A stretch of 64,000 nucleotides of DNA from a virus (Duplodnaviria > Caudoviricetes): positions 32,001 through 96,000 of the IMG/VR virus record IMGVR_UViG_3300028887_000085. One strand, given 5' to 3'. The notes below the pieces were generated by a model, which was given only the letters and a program-made list of their open reading frames with translations, had not been told where the DNA came from and searched no databases. The position numbers were made by a program, and so were the translations under genes. The first letter of the stretch is position 1, and each line of letters begins with the position of its first letter. Below are positions 57,387-64,000 of this stretch, piece after piece.

Positions 57387-57968
57387 ATGGACAGCGAGAA
57401 GATCACCGCCGGGGCGGTCCTTACGGAAGAACATCTGCGGGAAAACGCCGCAGCTTATATCCCCCTGGGGGAGAAGGAAAAGTTCATCAAGGCGGTATCT
57501 GTGGGCTGCTTCGACCAAATGGAGATCGCCGACGAGAACGGGGAACCCCTGCCCCCGTTTTACAAGGAAAGCCCCGTCAGCAAGCTCAGATACATGACGG
57601 CGGCACTCCTGAAGCTCTATCTCCGCATCGGCTTCGACACGGAGCGGGAGGACGACCCCTGGAGCATCACGGAAGAGAGCTTCGACGCAGCGGCGCAGAG
57701 CTTCCTGCTGAGCCAGCTTGAGCGGATGAAGAAGCGGACGGCGGACAAGAGCTTGCAGGACAAGATATACGACCTGCTGGCGGACTACAAGACGCTGGAA
57801 AAGCTTTTGAACGCGGAATGCTACGGTATGCTCCCCGCCATGAACGACACCCTGTCCCGCTTCCAGATGATGATGGCGGCGAAGACCACGCCGGAAGCCA
57901 TGGACGCGCTCATGAAGAGCGTGGAGGAAACGAAGCGGGAGCTGGAGGCATTCAAGGCGGCGAAGTGA
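57387..57968 (+). CDS. Hypothetical tail-region protein
   Basis: 193 aa, AAGGA RBS. Confidence 0.7.
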   Translation: MDSEKITAGAVLTEEHLRENAAAYIPLGEKEKFIKAVSVGCFDQMEIADENGEPLPPFYKESPVSKLRYMTAALLKLYLRIGFDTEREDDPWSITEESFDAAAQSFLLSQLERMKKRTADKSLQDKIYDLLADYKTLEKLLNAECYGMLPAMNDTLSRFQMMMAAKTTPEAMDALMKSVEETKRELEAFKAAK

Positions 57969-57986
57969 CGGGGGAGACGGGGGTAG

Positions 57987-58138
57987 CGGATTGCCACGGC
58001 CTACGGCCTCGCAATGACGGGGGACGGGGGACGAATGCTCCCTCAGTCGCTGCGCGACAGCTTCCCTAAAGGGAAGCCGGGGCGGCGGCGCGGGCTCCCT
58101 CAGTCGCCTCCGGCGACAGCTCCCTCCCGGAGGGAGCC
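57987..58138 (+). repeat. Cluster of three REP-like elements
   Basis: CGGATTGCCACG..CTCGCAATGAC at 57987-58018; CTCCCTCAGTCGC..GCGACAGCT..G(A/G)AGCC at 58038-58078 and 58095-58138. Confidence 0.75.
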
Positions 58139-58187
58139 GGGGACGTGAGCGCGGACGCTGCGGCGGGACGAAGGACGGAGAACGGAG

Positions 58188-58913
58188 GTGAGCGGGAACA
58201 TGGACGACGACAGGGAGATCAGCGTGGACAGCCCCACCTATCCCTATGAGCGGGTGGCGGACTTCCCCAAAATGGAGATGGCCGCAGAGATCCCCCTCAT
58301 CATCTGCCGGTATCTCATGGACCTGCCCATGCCGGGATATACGCCGAAGGACGACAACCGATTCCCCCGGTGCCGCCTGATGAAGCGGCTGTGGTACGAC
58401 GACCCGGACCCGCTGGGGAAAGCGCTGCCCACGCCGGAAGAAAAGCTTTCCATGCTCTTCGACGGGAACCACCCCACCCTCAACACGAAGGAAGAGCAGA
58501 CCCAGCACCCGCAGGGATACCGGCTTTACCCCCTGCAATGGTGGATGCAGAGCCAGATCGAGGCGCAGACGAGCCTCAAAGTCTATATGGGGCGGGAGAC
58601 GCCGCTGGACGATTTCCGGGTGGAGATCGGCGTCATCTTTGATATCTACTGCAACGCCAACCTGGAGACGGGAATGGGCGTGGCCGGTCTCAGCAAAGCC
58701 TACAGCATGGAGAAGGACATCGTGGACGCCCTGCACGGGGTCAACTTCGCGGGCGTCGGGGTGATGAACTATTCCCGGCACACCCACGGCGACGCGGGAA
58801 GCCAGAACTTCTACGACGAAAGCGGCACGAACGTGGGGCGGCGGCTCGTCATGAGCCTCACCTATATGGCCGGAGGCGGCGGAACCGTGGAAAGCTGGGG
58901 CGTCATGCGGTAA
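58188..58913 (+). CDS. Putative tail terminator/completion protein
   Basis: IFDIYC..LHG..GVG; synteny. Confidence 0.55.
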   Translation: MSGNMDDDREISVDSPTYPYERVADFPKMEMAAEIPLIICRYLMDLPMPGYTPKDDNRFPRCRLMKRLWYDDPDPLGKALPTPEEKLSMLFDGNHPTLNTKEEQTQHPQGYRLYPLQWWMQSQIEAQTSLKVYMGRETPLDDFRVEIGVIFDIYCNANLETGMGVAGLSKAYSMEKDIVDALHGVNFAGVGVMNYSRHTHGDAGSQNFYDESGTNVGRRLVMSLTYMAGGGGTVESWGVMR

Positions 58914-58941
58914 GTACGCCCTGCGTGTAGGACGTGGGAGA

Positions 58942-58973
58942 CGGATTGCCACGGGCTTCGCCCTCGCAATGAC
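58942..58973 (+). repeat. REP-like element
   Basis: CGGATTGCCACGGGCTTCGCCCTCGCAATGAC, near-copy of 57987-58018. Confidence 0.75.
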
Positions 58974-59053
58974 GGGGAAGGGAAACAGCGGAGGGAACAG
59001 GAGCACACCGCCTGGGAAATCCGTTGATTCATAGATTCGGGAGGAAGCAGAAA

Positions 59054-59887
59054 GTGAGCGATATCCCGGAAAAATATCTCAAGCAGATCCGCCGGTATGA
59101 GCCGGTGGACACGGAGGGAATGCGGTTTTACCCCATTCTCGTGGAGGAATACGAGGAATTCCTGCTGGCGCGTTCGGCAATCGACTTCATGCAGCAAAGG
59201 CTCCCGCGCATGATGGTCAACATGCCCATCCTGCAAGCCTATTACCTGCTGGACAGCCAGAGCATCGAGGACGAACAGATTCCCACCGGTCTTATGGCGA
59301 GAGCGCTGCTTTTCTTGGCCCTGAGCCTCCGATTGGGGCAGGGCCTCCCTGTAGAGAATCGCATCGCACTGTTTCGCCCGCGAATCAGCGAAAGCGGAAG
59401 ACTGAAATCTCTGCTGTTTTCGCCGGACGGCGAAGAAATCTGCGAGATCACCCCGGCGGCGTTCCAGCGACTGCGCCCCATTCTGGCGGCGCAGAACGGA
59501 CTGGAAATCCAGCCGGACGACGCGAACCCGGCGCTGGTGGACGCGGAGCAGGAGCTGGCGAAGAAGAAAGCGCCGGAGCTGGTGACGGAACCGGAAAGCC
59601 TCGTAGCCTCCGTGGCGGCACTGAGCGGGGCCGACGAAAAAGAAATCTACGAATGGCCCATAGCGAAGCTACTGAACCGCCAGAGGGCGCTTCACCGTGC
59701 GCTGGATTATCTCATCTGCGGGATCGGCGAAGCGCAGGGAACCAAATGGAAGAAAGGCAACCCATGTCCTAACCCCTTCTTCGACCGGAAAAAGGAAGGA
59801 AGCGCGGCGAAGGTCGCGCTGACGGAATTTGCGAGCGGCGCTGCCCTGAACGCCGTGCGCGAAGGGATCGAAGGGACACAGCAATAA
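59054..59887 (+). CDS. Hypothetical tail-region protein
   Basis: GGAGG RBS, GTG start. Confidence 0.7.
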   Translation: MSDIPEKYLKQIRRYEPVDTEGMRFYPILVEEYEEFLLARSAIDFMQQRLPRMMVNMPILQAYYLLDSQSIEDEQIPTGLMARALLFLALSLRLGQGLPVENRIALFRPRISESGRLKSLLFSPDGEEICEITPAAFQRLRPILAAQNGLEIQPDDANPALVDAEQELAKKKAPELVTEPESLVASVAALSGADEKEIYEWPIAKLLNRQRALHRALDYLICGIGEAQGTKWKKGNPCPNPFFDRKKEGSAAKVALTEFASGAALNAVREGIEGTQQ

Positions 59888-59908
59888 GCGGAAAAGGGGG
59901 CGGACAAG

Positions 59909-61441
59909 ACGGCGGTCACATCAGCACAAGCACCAATCATCACCGTGCAGCCGATATCGGCTGGATATAACGCGGGGGACCTGGCGGCATATCTGATCGT
60001 AGACGCCCAATCCCCGGACGGCGGAACCTTGTCTTATCGGTGGCAGGAGAGCCCGGACGGCCTGAACTGGCTGGACATCTTCGACGCCGAGACGGACATG
60101 TATAAGCCGACCACGGAGCTGGCTACAGGCCAGATACGGCAGATAACCTTCTACCGGGCGGTGGTGACGAACTGGAAACCGGGTCTTTATCCCTATACAG
60201 ACCTCTATCCGTCGAGCACCCTGTATCCGGCGAAAGACGGATACAGAGCCACCGCAAACTCCAACGCCGCACAGATCACCATTTATCCTCAATACCGACA
60301 AAGGAGTGATAACCCTATGATTACCTTTACCGATAAGTCCCTCTTCCTGAAGGGCGTCGGCAATGTCATTCTGACGGACCCCGATACCGGGGACATCATG
60401 TATCAGAGCAAAAACTTCTCCACCGGCAGCGTCAGCACCAGCGTGAACCTCAACGAGATCCGCGCCGGTCTCGGCAACCCCGTCGTCGCCACCCTGCCCT
60501 CCGACGCCAACCTGACGGTGGAATTCACCGCCGCTGATTTCAACCTGTGGGAGAAAGCCGCACAGGTGGGCGCGGCGCTGAGCTACGGCGCTCCCGTGCC
60601 CGTGGCGCAGATCGTTACGGCGTCGGGAAGCAGCCTTTCCATCGACGTGACGGACGGCGTTCCCGTGGCGCAGCTCGGCTTCACCGACGCCGTGTGCTAC
60701 ATCCAGCCCGTCGGCGCGGCCAGCCCCGTCATCCGGGACGGAACCGCCTATCCCATCAGCGCCGCCGGTGCCATCGACGGCTTCTCCGCCAACAACGGAC
60801 AGCAGTACAAGGTGTGGTACTGGGTGCAGAAGGCCACGGCCCGCAAGGCCGTTATCGGCTCGCTCATGGACCCCAAGATCGTGCATTTCACCGCCTCCTT
60901 CGCAGTGTACGCCAACGTGGGCGGCAGCGCCAACAGCGGCACCCGCGTGGGCTGGCTGTACGTCACGGTGCCGGAGCTCAAGATGCAGGCCAACGCCAAC
61001 ATCAACGGCGACCAGACCAATGCCGATACCACGGTCATCACCGGCATGGCCCTGAGCGAGGACGAAGCGGTGGTATCCGCCACCACGGACCTCTGCGGCG
61101 ATGTCTCCAATCCCCTCGCCTACTACGTCTACAGCCCCTGCTCCGACGCCGAGATCGTGCAGGGCGTCGCCGTGGTGGGCGGCCTGGTGAGCCTCGTCAA
61201 GAGCACCAGCAAGCAGATCCCCGTGTATCTGGTGATGCCGGACAACACCCTGGTGAAGCCCACCAGCTATTCCACCGGCTTTACCTACACCGGCTCCGGC
61301 CTGCCCAGCGGCACGACCGTGAGCGCCGCAGGCGTCATCTCGGCGGGGTCTACCGCCGGGGACGGCGAAGTGGTGATCTCCTGGACGGACGGAGACGCGA
61401 CCTTCACCTGCCCGGTCAACGTGAGCGTCACCAACTCCTGA
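59909..61441 (+). CDS. Major tail (tube) protein; main start 60317, in-frame N-terminal Ig-like extension
   Basis: AAGGAG+ATG at 60317 begins a strongly codon-biased 374-aa region; the upstream in-frame part has APIITVQP..LSYRWQES..W.DI..FYRAVVTN. Confidence 0.7.
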   Translation, partial: TAVTSAQAPIITVQPISAGYNAGDLAAYLIVDAQSPDGGTLSYRWQESPDGLNWLDIFDAETDMYKPTTELATGQIRQITFYRAVVTNWKPGLYPYTDLYPSSTLYPAKDGYRATANSNAAQITIYPQYRQRSDNPMITFTDKSLFLKGVGNVILTDPDTGDIMYQSKNFSTGSVSTSVNLNEIRAGLGNPVVATLPSDANLTVEFTAADFNLWEKAAQVGAALSYGAPVPVAQIVTASGSSLSIDVTDGVPVAQLGFTDAVCYIQPVGAASPVIRDGTAYPISAAGAIDGFSANNGQQYKVWYWVQKATARKAVIGSLMDPKIVHFTASFAVYANVGGSANSGTRVGWLYVTVPELKMQANANINGDQTNADTTVITGMALSEDEAVVSATTDLCGDVSNPLAYYVYSPCSDAEIVQGVAVVGGLVSLVKSTSKQIPVYLVMPDNTLVKPTSYSTGFTYTGSGLPSGTTVSAAGVISAGSTAGDGEVVISWTDGDATFTCPVNVSVTNS

Positions 61442-61459
61442 GCGAAAAGAAAAGACAAA

Positions 61460-61489
61460 GCCCCCGGCTTTAGGGCCGGGGGCATTGTT
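61460..61489 (+). terminator. Terminator-like hairpin after the tail tube gene
   Basis: GCCCCCGGCT-TTAG-GGCCGGGGGC followed by ATTGTT. Confidence 0.6.
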
Positions 61490-61561
61490 GAAATAGGGGA
61501 CAAATCAAAGAGCGCATGACATGCACGTTTTGATTTGTGCCCTGAAAAGGGAGGGAAAACC

Positions 61562-62197
61562 ATGGCGGACATCGGAATCAAGATCGAAGCTTCCAAGCTG
61601 ACGCTGAACGACTTCATCACCGACTACGGGGAAGCGCTATCTGCGGACAAAATGCAACGCATCGCGGAAAGCATCGGAAACGTGATGAAGGAAACGCTGG
61701 AGCACCGCATCGAAGAAGACGTTTACAAGGAATACAAGCCGCACGTATATCCCAGAAGAAGCGAGCATCCGGGATACGGAGTGGCGCTCAACGACATGGA
61801 AAAGACCGTAACGCTTTTTCCGAAAAGCATTCCGGGTAAGGCGGAAATCACATTTGTCTATCAGCCGAGCGGCGAACACAGCGGAACCTTCGGTGACTTC
61901 TACGACGAAAACAAGCTGCTTCGGCTCCACAAAAAAGCCAGCGACCCGATCAAACCCAACCCGGTTCACGGAGACGACCTTATTCGGAGAATCGAAACCG
62001 GACGGGGATATGACTATCACCCTTCGTCCAAAGACCCGCATCCCTTCACAGAGCCGAGACCGTTTTGGGCAAACTTTGTCGCAGAGATGCTGGAGGGCGG
62101 AGAGTTCGACAGAGCGGTCACGGACGCATTCAGGGCAGAGGGCATTGAGATAGAGAACGTCCATACCGAGCGAGAAAACGGCGACGGAAACTACTGA
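61562..62197 (+). CDS. Putative tail completion protein
   Basis: IEEDVY..Y.P.VY.R; IETG.GY; PRPF. Confidence 0.6.
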   Translation: MADIGIKIEASKLTLNDFITDYGEALSADKMQRIAESIGNVMKETLEHRIEEDVYKEYKPHVYPRRSEHPGYGVALNDMEKTVTLFPKSIPGKAEITFVYQPSGEHSGTFGDFYDENKLLRLHKKASDPIKPNPVHGDDLIRRIETGRGYDYHPSSKDPHPFTEPRPFWANFVAEMLEGGEFDRAVTDAFRAEGIEIENVHTERENGDGNY

Positions 62198-62217
62198 GAA
62201 ATTGAGGCGATGAAGAG

Positions 62218-64000
62218 ATGGCGGTAATCAAACTTACTATCCAGCTGGACAAAGCTAGTCTTGAATCTACAATCAAGGAGATAAACAGCGAGCTCGGAAA
62301 AATCAAAGGTCTCAATATCAAGGTAGACAACAGCGGCGCGAAAGCGGCGCAGAGCCTTGCTGCAAATATTCAGGGAGTTACCAAGGCTACGGAAGCCGCC
62401 GCTAGGACCATCAAAAAGACCGAAACCGAGATTGACGGTGTTATCAAGAAAACGACCGAGCTGACTAAGGTTGCCGTCGGAGAATACGAACAACTTGTCA
62501 AGGCAAAAGGTAAAGAAACCAAGACCTTCATCCACAACGAGGAAGAAAAACGCAAGGCGGCGCAGAAGACCGCAGACGAAGCAGAAAAGAGGCGCGTGGC
62601 GGAGTATCAGGCGGCGGAGCAGCACCGTCAGGACCAGATCAAGCGGGAAATGCAGGCCACCGCAGAAGTCGAGGATGCCAAAGTAAAGCAAGCGCAGGAA
62701 GCAAACCGCCAGATGGTGAAGGACGAGGAGGAGTCGCTTCGTCAGCGCAGTGCGGCTTGGAAAGCCCATTTCGACAAGCTCAATGAAGAGAACGCCGCGC
62801 AGGAGAAAGCGAATGCTGCGAGAGAAAAAGCCGTCGAATCGGCAACGTCTCTTGAACGGCAGTATTCCAACCTGATCCGGCAGATCGAGAACCTGAAGGC
62901 GCAGTACCCGGAGGGAACCTTTGACGATATCGAAACCCAGGCGAGGGAAGCGCGGGAAGAGCTGCGGAATCTGGACAAGACATCGGAGGACTATGCCGAC
63001 AAGGTAAAGCTTCTTCAGGGGAACTATCAGGGACTGCAGCGGGACATGGCGAATGCCCGCGAGGAAACGAAAAAACTCGACCGGGTGACGGAATCTTTCT
63101 GGATGAACATTCAGAAATTCGCCCGCTGGTATATCGGCGGGAACTTCGTCGTCAAGATCGTCAACAGCCTGCGGGAAGCTCTGAAGACCATGAAGGAAGT
63201 GGACACGGAGCTTGCCAATATCCAGAAGGTCACAGACCGGACGGACGCGGAAATGCAGAAGCTCGCCAAGAGCGCCTACAGCGCCGCTTCCGCCTACGGC
63301 GTGAGCGCACAGGCATATCTTGAGAGCGCGGCGGAATTTGCCAAGGCCGGTTTCGGAGACCAGGCGGAGGCGCTTGCGGAAGTCGCCATCAAGACGCAGC
63401 TTGTCGGCGACGTTTCTGCGGACGTGGCGGACAAATTCCTCATCGCCAGCAACGCGGCATGGAAGATGAACGGCAACATCGAAGCGCTCAACAAGACGCT
63501 GGACGCCGCCAACATCATCGAGAACAACTACGCCACCAGCATCGAAAAGCTGGCGGCCGGTATGCCCATCGCCGCCAGCGTCGCGGCGAATGCGGGCATG
63601 ACCTTTGAGCAGACCATCGCCGCCCTCGGCACCATCACCAGCGTCACGCAGGAGACGGGGACCAAGGCGGCGACGGCGCTCCGCGCCCTGATCCTGAACA
63701 TCATCGGCGCGGTGGGCGAATATGAAGACGGGATCGAGGTCACGGAGGAATCCGTGAAGTCCTTGGACGGCATCCTTCAGGTATACGCGAAAGATGCGCT
63801 CGCGGCGGCAAAAGCAGCCGGGACCGTCGTCAACCCGATGGAGGCCATCGCCGCCCTCGCCAAGGCCAGCGAAGAAGGACTAGTCAATCAGGCGGAGCTC
63901 TTTGAAATCCTCTCCTCCCTGGGCGGAAAGCTGCGCACGAACCAGCTCATTTCCCTGGTGCAGAACTACGGAACTTACCTTGAAATGCTGGATAAGACCG
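62218..64000 (+). CDS. Tape measure protein (partial, runs off the window)
   Basis: Open frame MAVIKLTIQLD...; MKEVDTELANIQKVT..SAAEFAKAG..NNYATS pattern. Not in the ORF track. Confidence 0.9.
   Translation, partial: MAVIKLTIQLDKASLESTIKEINSELGKIKGLNIKVDNSGAKAAQSLAANIQGVTKATEAAARTIKKTETEIDGVIKKTTELTKVAVGEYEQLVKAKGKETKTFIHNEEEKRKAAQKTADEAEKRRVAEYQAAEQHRQDQIKREMQATAEVEDAKVKQAQEANRQMVKDEEESLRQRSAAWKAHFDKLNEENAAQEKANAAREKAVESATSLERQYSNLIRQIENLKAQYPEGTFDDIETQAREAREELRNLDKTSEDYADKVKLLQGNYQGLQRDMANAREETKKLDRVTESFWMNIQKFARWYIGGNFVVKIVNSLREALKTMKEVDTELANIQKVTDRTDAEMQKLAKSAYSAASAYGVSAQAYLESAAEFAKAGFGDQAEALAEVAIKTQLVGDVSADVADKFLIASNAAWKMNGNIEALNKTLDAANIIENNYATSIEKLAAGMPIAASVAANAGMTFEQTIAALGTITSVTQETGTKAATALRALILNIIGAVGEYEDGIEVTEESVKSLDGILQVYAKDALAAAKAAGTVVNPMEAIAALAKASEEGLVNQAELFEILSSLGGKLRTNQLISLVQNYGTYLEMLDKT

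Noticed and set aside
41188-60886. Long minus-strand ORFs (e.g. 44327-46339, 46695-48770, 48734-50479, 52616-54463, 57153-59006)
   Set aside because: Antisense shadows of codon-biased GC-rich structural genes; no RBS or motifs
1-64000. Stop-codon reassignment
   Set aside because: Genes are intact and densely packed under the standard code, TAG, TGA and TAA all end genes, and no suppressor tRNA was found

Overview
The window is part of a large, GC-rich temperate tailed phage. Its REP-like repeats and gene families suggest a Clostridia/Oscillospiraceae-type host (inference). No host genes are recognisable. Layout: (1) 1-11.1 kb, about 25 short leftward early-type genes (DUF932, LPD11, DUF6908, J-domain, DpnD/PcfM, RHH) punctuated by 13 exact copies of the minus-strand motif GGTTACA-N14-GAGAC. 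(2) A divergent atypical ECF-like sigma gene (11350-12459) behind a perfect TTGACA-N17-TATAAT promoter that carries two palindromic operators. (3) A ~0.9 kb non-coding region where the strand skew flips. (4) 13.4-25.7 kb, a rightward accessory block: HNH, Tad2/DUF2829, Lar-like proteins, a tRNA/structured-RNA island, three DNA methyltransferases (one frameshifted across an (AG)10 tract) and a radical SAM enzyme. (5) attP-like site, tyrosine integrase and CI/Cro switch. (6) Recombination and replication genes (YqaJ, RecT, RuvC-like, second sigma, SSBs, initiators, DnaC-like loader, dUTPase). (7) Morphogenesis genes from terminase to tape measure, which runs off the right edge. The best candidate for a new system is a phage sigma regulon with a possible RHH feedback loop. 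Next are the non-canonical tRNA-like RNAs, the possibly phase-variable methyltransferase, and a tail tube gene with an ACG-initiated Ig-like extension. All family assignments are by-eye motif recognition, not database searches.
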